A stretch of DNA of 62,833 bases, filler included, from Octopus bimaculoides (GCF_001194135.2; 5 parts of 5 records of this genome joined end to end with filler, not necessarily neighbours in it), one strand, 5' to 3'. Positions 37,215 to 50,039 are shown, counted from the first letter of the whole stretch. Notes: a model not told the origin generated them from the sequence alone. Made by a program: numbers and translations.

Positions 37215-38526
37215 TTGTGTATCAATGGTTTTTAGTTAAATTTGGAGTGTTGAATCTAAATCTGGCATCAGATTTTGTCTACCACATCAGATTTTTGAGA
37301 TATAAAACCTTTTAGTTTTGCTAGAAAGAGCTATTTAATGCTCATAAAGGAAGAATTAAACATACATAGATGCAATTTTTAATCGATGATATGTCTGTTT
37401 TTGTTAATCTAATAACTCAAAACAGAAATCTCTGGGTGTAAATGCATATTAGCATGTAAGAATTAAGCTTGGTGATAACAAAATATGAATACAAAATCTC
37501 TATTCATTGTGGTCATTCATTCTGATCATCTTATTACTACAAGAACTTCCTCTTTTTTGATGATCTCTTGTGCACAGCTTCTGGAATATCTCATCAAACT
37601 CCAGCAATAATCTGCCATCATGTTTGAGTACCATTGTCCTTGGTAGCATTCTTCCATTACTTTTACATCTTGATGAAAGCATTCACCTTGTTCTTTGCTA
37701 ACATCACTCATGTTTTCTGCAAACTCACCCAAGTGACTGTGAAAGTGGTGCAATTTAATGCTCATTCTACACCCAAGTGCTTGCAAACTCAAGAGCAGTT
37801 CCTCCATGATCTGTTGATAGTTGTCAGCTCTCCTATTTACAAGGAAATCAGTACAACATCAGAGAAGGCATTCCAAAGTCTAGCCTCAGCTGCATTCATT
37901 GTTGTAACAAAATGTGGATCCCTGAGGAGTATTCTTATTTGAGGTCTATCAAATATTCCTGCCATCTTCTCATTACTGAGATTTGGAAAGGGTGTACATA
38001 TATGAAGCAGTCTCCACTGTGATCAAGAGCTTTAATGAACTGCTTCATCACACCAAGTTTCAACACAGGTTCTGTTCTGGTCTCCAAATGCTACTTTAAA
38101 CTAAGCATGATACACTTTCTTGACAAAGTTATTAATGTTTCCCCTTTGAGCCTGTAGAGTGAAGTTTCCACAGGTGTAACAGAAGATATCAGGGTCATTA
38201 CAGCACATCCTTCTTTTTGATGTTGTATCCATAACTATATCACAGTGGTCTGCCTCACACCTGAAAAGAAGAGAAAGGGTTTCAAAGCAGAATATAGCTT
38301 GAACATATTCAAAATTAGCATGACAATGCAGTGAAAATTCTTGCAAATACTGGTGTAAAGTTACCTTTTGGTATGCTCCAGGTAAATAAAGGTATGCACT
38401 GATGGCACAAAAATGTGATGTGAGAAAGCAAGTCTGAGGTTTGTTTTGGAATCAGCAACCAAAAATTAGTCTAAAGCAGCTCTAAGATTTTATGCCAGAA
38501 AATAAGTTTTATTTTGATGACCAGTG
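37215..38526 (-). mobile_element. Internally deleted Chapaev3-like (CMC) DNA transposon
   Basis: N-terminal CCNDPDIFCYTCG and C-terminal MSIKLHHFHSHLGEFAENMSDVSKEQGECFHQDVKVMEECYQGQW..MMADYCWSL; minus-strand terminus CACTGGTCATCAAAA at 38526. Superfamily assignment is from recall. Confidence 0.7.
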
Positions 38527-38579
38527 TAATATATTTATATATATATATAGGCTATATTAAATCTCTGAGCAAGATGTAA

Positions 38580-40637
38580 ACAGTAGCAATATGGAATTGT
38601 AAGATGTAATTGCCAACTAAGTGTAGCACCACTTGATCAATTACTAAAATAAAAATGCCAAATGGGTTTGGACAGAGAAATGCCAGAAAGCATTTAATGA
38701 GTTAAAAGATGTGCTAACTTCAGACTTGTATCCTCGACCCAAAGTTAGAGATGGTACTAGCTACAGATGCTAGCAAGTATGGGATAGGAGCCATGCTCCT
38801 ACACAAGGATAATGATGGCAGCAGAAAGGCCATAGCTCCCACATCAAGGACATTATTGCCGATGGAAAAGAGGCATAGGCTATTATATTTGGCTTGAAAA
38901 AGTTCCACAGGTTCATTCATGGCGGACATTTTTGGTTGCAAACCATAGACTTCTAATAACAATATACAGGTTCAAGAAAGGAATCCTGACACATACGGCA
39001 AACACACTGCAGCTGTAGGGTACCATCCTATTAAACTACAACTATAGAATGGAATATCTGCTTTCAAAAAAGTTGGGGCATGCTGGTGGTCTGTCTAGGT
39101 TAATTCTGAGAAATAACAAACCACTGGAGGACACCATTATAGCAGCGCTAAGAGCAGAAACAAAAGAAGTGCACTGCTTACACAGTCACTTGGGTGAGTT
39201 TGCAGAAAATGTAAGTGATGTGGAACATCATGCGTGTACTACCAGTAACTCTGGAAGAAATAAAAAGAAATGTAAGAAATGACAAATTTATTAATGAGAC
39301 AAAAAGAAAACTGTGGTCAACAAAAGGAAATAAATAAAGGTCTGATGCAAAGAATCACCAAGATGTGAGTGTGTACTCTATATGTGATGGTGTACTAATG
39401 TATACTCAGAGGATGGTTATACCACAAACATTACAGAAGAGAATGCTAAAAGAGTTTGAGCTTCGTGTGGGACACCTAGGCATTTCTAGAATGAAAGTGC
39501 TGATACAAAGTTTCATATACTGGCTAAGCATGGACAAGGAAGTTGAAAACCTGGTAAAAGGCTGCAGAGGATGTGCACTGGCAGCAAAACTACCTATTAC
39601 AAAATGTGAACCGTGGCCAGAAGTGAAAATATTATGGTCCTGATTACATATCGATTTTCAATATTGATTTGGGTAACTACCCAAAATAGCCTAAGGTCAT
39701 GAGGTGAAAATGACCAACCTCATATATGTTAATAAACTTCTTACACGAGCTGTTCACAAGATTTGGTGTACCTGATATAATTGTCTCTGATAACAGAATA
39801 CCGTTTGTATCATGTGAGTTTAAAAGATTCTGCGAGATGTTTATGTTAGAACATAAAACTATAGCCCCGTATCACCCTAGATTGAATGGAAGGGCTGAAC
39901 GGTTCATGAATACTTTTAAGAGAGCATTAAAGAAAGCTAATAAGGAAGCTCACAGATGAGGTTGTGATCCAAAAATTCTTAAAGGTATACTGTGTAACTC
40001 TAAACCCAAATGCACCAGCAGAATTAACGTTTGCTAGAAAGGTGAAGTCAGTATTTGATAAACTGTTACCAGTGAAGAAAAAATACATGCTAGCAAGCAA
40101 TACTGGGAAGAAGGACAAAATGTAACATACATAGGGAGAATGATGTATGGTGTAAGAAGCAGAAATGGAATGGAAAGGAGACATAGAAATCAGCTTAAGG
40201 AAAGAGTCATAGAAAAAGAACCAATAAGAGTAGAAATACTGATGGATGGCTATATGACACTTTTCAGGTGCAAGAAGTCGAAACCATGTGTTTAAGGAAG
40301 AAGAAAAACACTGAATTCCTAAAATTAGACCCTAAGAAGAAAAGATGTTGACTATATAAAAAAAAAAAAAGGAGGAGGTGGAAGTGAATAAAAGAAATTG
40401 ATTGTTAAATAAAATATTTAAAAGGGGAGATGTTGTATAGTAAAACTGTATACCCCTCCCAGTAAAAAGTGATCGGAGTCAGCCATTATAAGTAGACCAG
40501 TAGCCGGTCATCAAGAGAGGGTTGAGAGTCAACAGTTCTAGTCAGTGTCTTGTGGAGTTAGTGTATTAGTATTCTGGTATAAAGAGCTACAATGATATCC
40601 AACGACTAATAACTATTGTAGCTACTAGCATAAAACA
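38580..40637 (+). mobile_element. Decayed Gypsy (K02A2.6-like) pol 3' half + PPT + 3' LTR
   Basis: W.WTEKCQKAFNELKDVLT..LATDASKYGIGA (RT-RNaseH); GHLGISRMK..YWLSMDKEVENLVKGCRGC (integrase zinc finger); FGVPDIIVSDN..APYHPRLNGRAERF. PPT aaaggggaga at 40421-40430; LTR TGTT(40431)..AACA (about 40637). Confidence 0.92.
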
Positions 40638-40644
40638 TCACTTG

Positions 40645-40800
40645 ACAGCCGATGCTGGTGTGTTTGTGTCCCCGTAACTTAGCAGTTCAATGAAATAGGT
40701 GCTAGGCTTACAAAGAATAAATCCTGGGGTCGATTTGCTCGACTAAAGGTGGTGCTCCAGCATGGCCGCAGTCAAATGACTGAAACAAGTAAAAGAGTAA
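40645..40800 (+). mobile_element. SINE type A tail
   Basis: ttgacagccgatgctggtgtgtttgtgtccccgtaacttagc..ggggtcgatttgctcgactaaaggtggtgctccagcatggcc. Confidence 0.85.
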
Positions 40801-40804
40801 GCCT

Positions 40805-41100
40805 TCACAAGTCCTCTGTGATTAAAGCCCATGTTTCACTGCCATGTAGCATAGCTGTTCATACGCAGGCATCATACATCTAAGGATGAGGCCCTTAATT
40901 ACTAACAAAAGTAGAAGCTCTATGAGCTTCAACCAGCCCATCCTTATTCTAGTCACTACACTTTCAGCAGTTCCTCTTCCACTGCTAATTTGGTCACCTA
41001 GGTAACAGAAGTTATCTGCTACTTCCAATGATCCCACCAAGCATAGTTTGTACATTTTTAATGTCTGTACAATTTTAACACTTACAATACCAGAACATTT
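40805..41100 (-). mobile_element. RTE-clade RT C-terminal fragment
   Basis: SLEVADNFCYLGDQISSG..ESVVTRIRMGW, plus MLHGSETWAL in a shifted frame. Confidence 0.85.
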
Positions 41101-41519
41101 GCCATTCACAGAGATTATTTTCTCTGTTAACCTTCCTGTGATACTGCTTCACTTCTTATGTGTTCAAGCTGATGCTGAGTACAGCATACGGAATTTCTAC
41201 CAGCAGCTTTCTTATGTTTAAAGTTTGGAAGTATGGAAGTTGTAAAGATAATTTATAGATATTATTGTGTCACTGGGAAAAGAAAGCTAAAACAACAAAG
41301 TGTGGAAGTGAGTGAGAGTTACAAACACTGAATGCAGGTAAATTTACTCTATGAAATGTAAACAAATATGTGTGCACAAACACACATGCATACACTCACA
41401 CATGCATACACATATGTATATGTATGCACACGCATAGCTGTATATAAATATATATGCATGTGTATGAGTGTACATACACACACACATATATATGTTAAAT
41501 AAAATGAGACATCTTTAAT

Positions 41520-42360
41520 ACATCTACCTTAAAGCTATCCTACTACTCTCTGCCCAAATTTGAGTCTATCATAACAGCATCTAATAGACAAAAACTTTCT
41601 CTCTATTATCAAAACTTACACCGTAACAACTCTGAATACACAAGTGCCCAACATATACATAGCTCCAATATCAAACCCCATACTTTAGACCACAACAAAA
41701 ACCCAACCAATCCCACTAACACTAACCAGAATACTACTACCCCAACTTCCACCGCTATTACAGATACGATAAATAACAACAATGATAGAAATAATAATAA
41801 TGTTAATAACATAGACCAATCTACCCCCATCTCTAACCTCTCCTTAGACAGTATTACCTCCTCCATTCCTGAGAATAATCCGCACAATGCACTACCATGT
41901 AACTGCCGCCCTGGGACCATCTGCCCTCTACAAACCCATTGCAGAAGGTCTAATGTAATTTATGAATGCACCATCCTCAACATGTTACACAATTCTACAA
42001 CCATATATATAGGGTCAACTAGAAATTTTAAACAGTGATATGCTGCACACTTCAATTCTTTTAGATATGAGAAACACAGTAAATCCACAACTCTTGCCAG
42101 TCTCATACATCATCTCAAAAATAGAAATATGTCATACACCTTGTCATGGTCCATAATAAATTCAGGGTTTCCATACCAGGGTCAACGCTAAAAGGGGCAT
42201 TCCACATATTAAAACACAACTCTTCAATGCTACTAATTAAATATAATGAGGCCCTAGGTACATGCGACCACTGGTTTTTTCATACCTTCAAATTTTACCA
42301 CAAATCTAAATGCAACCTAAATCACCACACAGTATATATCCCGAACACCCCTTAGGTAGT
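41520..42360 (+). mobile_element. Penelope-like element GIY-YIG endonuclease region
   Basis: CNCRPGTICPLQTHCRRSNVIYECTI..IYIGSTRNF..STTLASLIHHLK pattern at about 41895-42120. Confidence 0.8.
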
Positions 42361-42476
42361 CTCCAGCAACCCTATTTGACTTTCCATTGTCTCTGTTTTT
42401 AATTTTTTAACTCTCCAATCTTATTTTTGAATTGTTTAATAATACATATATGGACGTGTATGCATGAATGTGTGTG

Positions 42477-42515
<39 letters not shown>

Positions 42516-42688
42516 GTGTGTGTATGCATATGTATGTGTGTACACGTGTATGTGTGTACACATGTATGTGTGTAAGCATATATTTATGGGTGTGTGTATC
42601 TGTGCATATTTATATATATGCGTATGGGTTTAAGTACATAAGTATGTGTGTGCACGCATGCATATACCAATATACACTTCTTTCTCTC

Positions 42689-43301
42689 GGATCTATTTCA
42701 AAACGGAGGCACCAGTTTTCATTTATGTTTTATGTAGTGTTTTTGGTACCGAAAGACTTTCAAACTTCGTATACTTATCTATTTTGTGTTATAGAACAGA
42801 AAAAAATGTTTGTATTCGAATTTATTTCATGTAAAAAATTGTCTTATTTCGATAATTTCTACTAATCACTGACGTCTATTCAGCTGAAAACAGTTAGCGC
42901 TGTAACGGTGTATATCGTATTAATCCCCTAACCCTAACCCTAACTCTAGAATCCGAACTCTAAAATTGTTACACACATAGATACGCACAGCGTAATTTAT
43001 TATATAAACAATATATGCGTATAAATTACGATTAAACCGGATGAAATATGTCACAGGGAATAACATTTTTATGACCGCCCAGCAGTAACTCTATTGAGCT
43101 GAATAGACGTCAGTGATTGGTTGAAATTACAGAAATACGACAACTTTAACATGGAATAACTTGCGGTGTACGTTTTTTTGTTAAGAAGACTAAGAGTAAA
43201 AGATGTTTTATATGACACATTCTACCAGTGTCCCAAGTTTCAAAGTGTTTTGTTAGTGTTTCGTTAAGAAAATACTGGTGCCCCCGTTTTGAAATAGATC
43301 C
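42689..43301. mobile_element. 613-bp non-autonomous TIR element with nested inverted repeats and (CCCTAA) core
   Basis: Outer TIR ggatctatttcaaaacgg(a/g)ggcaccagt at both ends; inner IR aatcactgacgtctattcagct / agctgaatagacgtcagtgatt; tctctc on both flanks. Confidence 0.85.
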
Positions 43302-43904
43302 TCTCTCTCTGATTCCAAAGCCCTCACTATCCCATTAGCCAGTACAATAAACACCTCTGTCTATTTTTATAAACTTGACCATTATCAATAATATTAATAC
43401 GCAAATTTGCTTTTTGTACATACCTGACACGTGTGTCATGCTTAAGAGAAAGAAATTGTTGAAAGAAATTTTGTTGCTTAAATAAAAATTTTTAAGTAGA
43501 TCTCTTGTAATTTCTGGAAGAGATTTGTGACCACCACCATGTGTTGTATTACTACTTCTCAACACCCATGCCTACTGGGCCACCAAAGCAGCAACGATCT
43601 TAATGAGAAAATTAAGATACTTAAATCTGGGGGATGTGTCGAGCAAGGGAGAGAGAAAGAGAGAGAGTGAGAGGCTGATAGATATTTGAATTCCTTTCTA
43701 TGATTGAACTGAAATTGACCCCTGGCTATTAAAGGTCCAATCACTCACACACACATTTATTTTAGGTCTTCTATCCATTTGAATTCAGCCATACACCTGA
43801 TAACATGTCTTATGTTCTGAAATTAAAATTTTGAATTTGTTTTAATTATAAAATTACACCTCAGCTAAAAAACATCTTTTGGCTTTTGAATATAACCTTT
43901 TCTT

Positions 43905-44395
43905 TCATTTTCTATATTTTTTAAGTTACAATTTCACTGTTTTGATCATGATTTTCCCAGTTTCTTTTGTCTTGTATCAAGTAATGGATGAAAGCAATTA
44001 AATTCATAGAGCTGAACAAAATCCAAAGTATTGATTCTATTTTTTCCCTACTAACAAGAGCATAGTATGAGAGAGATGGCTATTATTTCTAGCAAATTGA
44101 ACAACCACACAGAGTTGGTCAGTTGGTTCATTTGTTGACGGGTATAAGTAAACAAAAACTAATAGACACACATATACACATATATATATATGAATGTATG
44201 TGTGTGTGTGATAATAAGTGTCGCGTGGTGGAAATAAACGCAGCTTTCTCTTTCTGTATTTTTTGTTAAGTTAGAATTTCTCTGTTTTGGTCAGGATTTT
44301 TCCAGTTTCTTTTTTCTTGTATCAAGCAATTGATGAAGGCATAGATGAATTCATAGAGCCGAACAAAATTAAAAATATTAATTCTATTATTTCCC
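43905..44395 (+). repeat. Two diverged direct copies of a unit of about 145 bp (43905-44048, 44250-44395)
   Basis: ttaagtta.aatttc.ctgtttt..ccagtttctttt..cttgtatcaag..aattcatagagc.gaacaaaat shared. Confidence 0.75.
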
Positions 44396-44980
44396 TTTAT
44401 TTTTTACTTTCCTACAATTAATTACTGTATCCTATATACTGTGTCCTTGCATAATAGGTGAGTATTTCAGAAATATTTTCACCTTCTAAACAAAAACTGT
44501 CTAATACATTCATATATGTTTTTCAATTGAAACACTCTGAATCATTTTGGAGATTTATTGTTTTAATAACAAGTTTTAAAATATGGATAATCGCATGAGA
44601 GACGCAGCACGAGAGTGTCAGCGTAGAAGGAGAGAATGTTCGTGCAAGGAACACCAGGAATAAATAAGGAATCAAAATAGCATAAGGATGAGACAGAGAA
44701 GAAATGAAATAAGCCAAGAGCACAGGGAGCGTATCCTACAGCATACGAGGGAAAGAAATTAGCAAAGGATAGAACAAATGAGCCAGGACCAAAGAGAAGT
44801 GAATTTTCAAAATAAGAGAGATAGAGAGCAACAGGATCAAGAACGCATGAGTCAAGATCAAAGGCAGCTGAACTTAGAAAATACGAGAAACAGAGCTGGA
44901 TCTCTCTTGGCATACCAGCAAACCACAAAATCGCACCAGCCAGCATCACCACCTCCTCCAAGCCCATCATATATATATAT

Positions 44981-45420
44981 ATCTGTAATATAATATGTGA
45001 CAATTATTCAGTCACCATAATAAAACTTCGAGTTTCGGATGTCAGGGCGGAAATCTGCTCCGGCATCTCGTCAGTTATCAAGGCAATCAAAAAAATGCTA
45101 TGAAAATGACCGTTAAACAAAGGGAAATTACTATGTAATTGACCATTATTAAGACAAAAGAGCTATTCAAATGACCATTAAATAAGGGGGAAAAATCGAA
45201 GGGGAGAAAGTAAAAAAGTAAAAATGCTCATAGAAATCGCGTATGCACGCATGTACATACATACACATGTGCGCATGCACACCCACATACATGTGCCTAT
45301 ATGCATATGCTCACTCGCACTCACAAGAAACACATACATGCACACCCACATATACGCCTATATATGCACATATATATGCAACCATACATGTACACATACA
45401 CGTATCTGCACACACACACA
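44981..45420 (-). mobile_element. Family C copy 2
   Basis: Collinear with 31552-31870 and 48298 onward. Confidence 0.8.
45019..45079 (-). ncRNA. Type-I hammerhead motif (family H3)
   Basis: GATAA-CTGACGA-GATG..CATC-C-GAAA-CTCgAAG-TT-TTATT; core intact, N7=C, one stem III mismatch. Confidence 0.7.
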
Positions 45421-45664
45421 TGCACATGTCCATATGTGCACAATTATATTCAAATATACGTTTAAAATATACACATGCTATATATGCGTATATAGACGTG
45501 TATATGAACATTTTTGCATGCATAGATTTTATACATGTTCCAGACTCCTTATGAATCATTTTACATCCACTGTATCATCCCCCTTATTCGAACTTCACAA
45601 GTGCATTTATGGACTTATACTTTTTATATATTCATATTTATAAATTTTTATATGTGTATGTTTG

Positions 45665-46030
45665 TTTCAGACATTTGACTGCAGTCATGCTGGAGCACCG
45701 CCTTTAGTTGAGCAAATTGACCCCAGGACTTATTCTTTGTAAGCCTAGTACTTATTCTATCAGGTTCGCTTTGCCGAACCGCTAATTAAGGAGATGTAAA
45801 GACCCCAGCATCAGTGGTCAAGTAACATTGAGGGGACTAACACAGACACACAAACATATACATATATATATATATATATGATGGACTTCTTTCAGTTTCC
45901 ATCTACCAAATCCACTCACAAGGCTTTGGTCAGCCTGAAACTATAATAGAAGACACTTGCCCAAGGTGCCATGCAGTGGGACTGAACCTGGAGCCATGTG
46001 GTTGGTAAGCAAACTACTTACCACACAGCC
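45665..46030 (-). mobile_element. Full composite SINE (type D head + type A tail)
   Basis: Reverse complement of the 8449-8800 architecture. Confidence 0.85.
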
Positions 46031-46197
46031 ATCCCTGCACCTATCCACACAGCCACTCCTGTGCCTATATGTATATATATATACACACATATGTATGTAT
46101 ATATTTATATGTGTGTGTGTGTGTTTGTGCCTGTGTTTGTTCCCCCACCGCCATTGCTTGACAACCGATGTTGGTGTGTTTGCATCCCTGTAACTTA

Positions 46198-47330
46198 GCT
46201 TTTACAGGGATGCAATGGCAGGCTGTGCAAAGGACAAGTCGCCAGACTTGGATGGTCTGCCTTATGAGCTCTATTGTCATATGCCAGACTTGTTTGGAGG
46301 TATCTTGGCAGCAGTCTACTGCAACTAGCAGCAAAATGGGAGTATCCCCAGTTTTGTGAGCCAAGAAGCAGTGGCACTGCTAAAGAAAGATCCAAACAAG
46401 GGGAACATCATAGATAACTTCAGGCCCATCGCTCTGCTCAATGCAGATTTGAAGATTTTGACCAAGGTGCTAGAGAAACTGGTTGACAAGGCGCAGGCAT
46501 GCACTGTGCCGGGCAGCAGTATCCATGACAACCTCCATTTGATGTGCTACATCATAGACAGGGTAGTTAAGGAACTTGGCATGGGTGGGGTGCTGATAAA
46601 TTTGGATCTATCAAAAGCTTTCGATAGGGTTGACCATCGTAACTTGGAGGCTGTCCTTAGAGCAGCTGGTTTCAGTCCCGTCTTCTGTGGTTGGATCACT
46701 GCCTTATATAGCAGCATCCGCTCAGTAGTTCGCATAAATGGTCATCCAACCAAACCATTTAACATCACGTGTTTAGTCCATCAAGGATGCTCCCTCTCGT
46801 TACATCTGTACATATTGACTCTAGAGCCACTACTGCAGGAGCTGGCGATGCTGAAGGGCATCTCGCGAGAACTGGGATGCAGGAGGAGTGTGTCTGCATA
46901 TATGGACGACATCACTATCATAGTGTTGAGCTACAAGCATATCAACCTGGTCAGCGAGACACTAAAAGAATACAAAGCGGTAACGGGAGTGAAAATTAAC
47001 TCGGAAATGTCAGTGGGCTTGTGGCTTGGTACCTGGAGAAACAAGCCCATACCATCCAACAGCGTCTCCATTTTGGGACACTGGACCGATGGACCGGTTA
47101 AATTGCTCAGAGTCTGATTCAAACCAGACCTCCAAATGGAAAAGAACTGGGACGAGATAACAAGTAAGGTGGCCACTCTCACCCAGCATTGGGCTGAGAG
47201 GAAGCTATCCCTAAAAGGTTGGGTGGGGGTGGCGAACACGTATATTGCATCCATCATCTATTTCACCTGACCGTCGTGCCTTGTCCCAACCCTACCATCA
47301 CCAAACTGGAACGCATACCCTTTTACTTTT
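46198..47330 (+). mobile_element. Tx1/L1-clade LINE reverse transcriptase fragment
   Basis: LLKKDPNK..NFRPIALLNADLKILTKVL; LDLSKAFDRVDH; HQGCSLS..LYILTLEPLL; SAYMDDITI; KINSEMSVGLWLG; RKLSLKG. Confidence 0.92.
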
Positions 47331-47451
47331 TGTTGTTAGGCAATCCATTTGCTATCATGACCCACAGATCTTTACCCTTTGAACGGCACATCGAGAAATT
47401 AATTTTTTGTAACTAAACACTTTCAAACTTATATACACATTATATATACAC

Positions 47452-47488
<37 letters not shown>

Positions 47489-48297
47489 NNNNNNNNNNNN
47501 NNNNNNNNNNNNNNNNNNNNNNNNNNNNNNNNNNNNNNNNNNNNNNNNNNNNNNNNNNNNNNNNNNNNNNNNNNNNNNNNNNNNNNNNNNNNNNNNNNNN
47601 NNNNNNNNNNNNNNNNNNNNNNNNNNNNNNNNNNNNNNNNNNNNNNNNNNNNNNNNNNNNNNNNNNNNNNNNNNNNNNNNNNNNNNNNNNNNNNNNNNNN
47701 NNNNNNNNNNNNNNNNNNNNNNNNNNNNNNNNNNNNNNNNNNNNNNNNNNNNNNNNNNNNNNNNNNNNNNNNNNNNNNNNNNNNNNNNNNNNNNNNNNNN
47801 NNNNNNNNNNNNNNNNNNNNNNNNNNNNNNNNNNNNNNNNNNNNNNNNNNNNNNNNNNNNNNNNNNNNNNNNNNNNNNNNNNNNNNNNNNNNNNNNNNNN
47901 NNNNNNNNNNNNNNNNNNNNNNNNNNNNNNNNNNNNNNNNNNNNNNNNNNNNNNNNNNNNNNNNNNNNNNNNNNNNNNNNNNNNNNNNNNNNNNNNNNNN
48001 NNNNNNNNNNNNNNNNNNNNNNNNNNNNNNNNNNNNNNNNNNNNNNNNNNNNNNNNNNNNNNNNNNNNNNNNNNNNNNNNNNNNNNNNNNNNNNNNNNNN
48101 NNNNNNNNNNNNNNNNNNNNNNNNNNNNNNNNNNNNNNNNNNNNNNNNNNNNNNNNNNNNNNNNNNNNNNNNNNNNNNNNNNNNNNNNNNNNNNNNNNNN
48201 NATACATACATTATATATATATATAATGTATATATATTGATAGAAAAGACAACAAAAGAAAGAAAGAGACCTCGATATTATGTAAGTAGAGGAATTT

Positions 48298-49991
48298 ATC
48301 TGTAAAAATATGTGACAATTATTCAGTAGCCATGTTAAAACTCCGAGTTTTGGATGCCGGGGCAGAAACCCACGCCACCATCTCTTCAGTTATCTGGTCA
48401 ATGAAAATTCATATGAAAATGACCGTTAAACAAAGGGAAATTATTGTGTGGTTGACCATTATTAAGACAAAAGAGCTATTAGAATGACCGCTATGTGAAG
48501 GAAGGGAGTAAAGGTAAGGGAGTAAAAAAGTCCATAGTATTCGCCTAAGCGCACCAATCCATACATACACATGCGCACCCGCACACCCACGTACATGTGC
48601 CTATATGTATATACTCATCCACCCTCACTTGAAACACATACTCACCCACGCATTCGCCAAAAATATTTATATATATATATACCCGCATACACGCCCACAA
48701 TATGCTCGCACCCATACACACATCAATATACGCACATACCCAAGAAAAAACAGGGCTTAAGGCAAAATACAAATGTGGAAAAATGTGTGAAAAAAGCTAT
48801 AAGGCCAAAAGGCGTCTATATGCGCATATTCTTGCATGCACACACATACATCTATATACGCGCACACACTCACATAGACATCCACAAGCATGCACAAAAG
48901 GTTCCATGTACATGTCTATAGACACACAGGAAAAAAGCAGGGTGGAAAGGAGAATACAGAAAAAATATGTGTGAAAAATATACAAAACATTATCTCTATA
49001 AGTATCTAAAAAAAAAATATATATATATAAGAAATCTAAGTAAAAAGTATAGAGAGATAAAAAGCTTGTACATAGACACAATATAGAAATCAAGTCCTAT
49101 CAGTGATCTCAGGGGGACCAAAAACGTAGCAGATATTTAGCCACATGTGAACATGATCCAAAGATCCGGAACTGAACATGATCCGAAGATCAAGAACTGA
49201 ACTTTTCGGATCATGTCCACATGTGGCTAAATGTCTGTTACGTTTTTGGTCCCCCCCGAGATTACTGATAGGACTTGCTTTCTATATTGTGTCTATGTAC
49301 AAGCTTTTTATCTCTCTACTTAGATTTCTTATATATTTTTTATATATATTTTTACATATTTATAGAAATATTGTATTTATAGGTTTATTGCTCATATATT
49401 TCTTATACATATTTTTTTCTGTATTCTACCTTCTACCCTGCTTTTTTCCCTTGTGTCTATAGACGTGTACATGGAACCTTTTGTGCGTGCTTGTGGATGT
49501 GTGCGGGTACGCGCATATATAGATGTATGTGCATGCATGCGAGAATATGCACATATAGACGCATTTTGCCCTTATAGCTTTTCCACACTTTTTTACAATT
49601 TTTTCTGTATTTTGCCTTTAGCCCTGTTTTTTTCTTGGGTAAGTGCATATATTGACATGTGTATGAACCTTTTTGCGCACGTGTATGGGTGCGAGCGTGT
49701 GTGTGTGTGTATGTGGGTATATATATATTTTTTTTTTTTGGCGAATGTGTGGGTGAGCATGTACGTGGGTGTGCGGGCGCGCATGTGTATGTATTGATTG
49801 GTGCGCTTAGGCGAATACTATGGACTTTTTTACTCCATTACCTTTATTCCCTCCCCTCACTTAGCGGTGTCTTAATAACGGTCAACCACACAGTAATTTC
49901 CCTTTGTTTAACGGTCATTTTCATAGCAATTTTCAATGGCCAGATAGGTGAAGAGATGGCTACCGAATAATTGTCACATATTTTTACAGAT
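48298..49991. repeat. 1.7-kb imperfect palindrome of two family C elements (arms 48298-49159 and 49208-49991)
   Basis: Arms align end to end (e.g. aagtcctatcagtgatctcagggggaccaaaaacgtagcagatatttagccacatgtg vs its reverse complement at 49220-49277); the centre has a 2 x 25-bp tandem. Confidence 0.92.
48334..48394 (-). ncRNA. Inactivated hammerhead motif (family H3, G12A)
   Basis: GATAA-CTGAAGA-GATG..CATC-C-AAAA-CTCgGAG-TT-TTAAC. Confidence 0.6.
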
Positions 49992-49994
49992 ATA

Positions 49995-50036
<42 letters not shown>

Positions 50037-50039
50037 TTT

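Noticed and set aside
42925-42945. Telomere or chromosome end
   Set aside because: Only about three units, internal to a TIR element.
44330-44370. TTGATGAA-GGC...GCC-GAAC hammerhead-like string (paralog near 43985)
   Set aside because: Both copies have GAAC, not GAAA, and no stem I/III or NUH can be placed.
44600-44900. MSQDQR..LENTR repeats resembling a Helitron RepHel N-terminal coiled region
   Set aside because: Too short and low-complexity to assign; no Rep or helicase motifs nearby.
49150-49205. CTGAACAT-GATC(cgaa)GATC hairpins at the palindrome centre
   Set aside because: All copies have ACA where the core needs NGA, and there is no GAAA.
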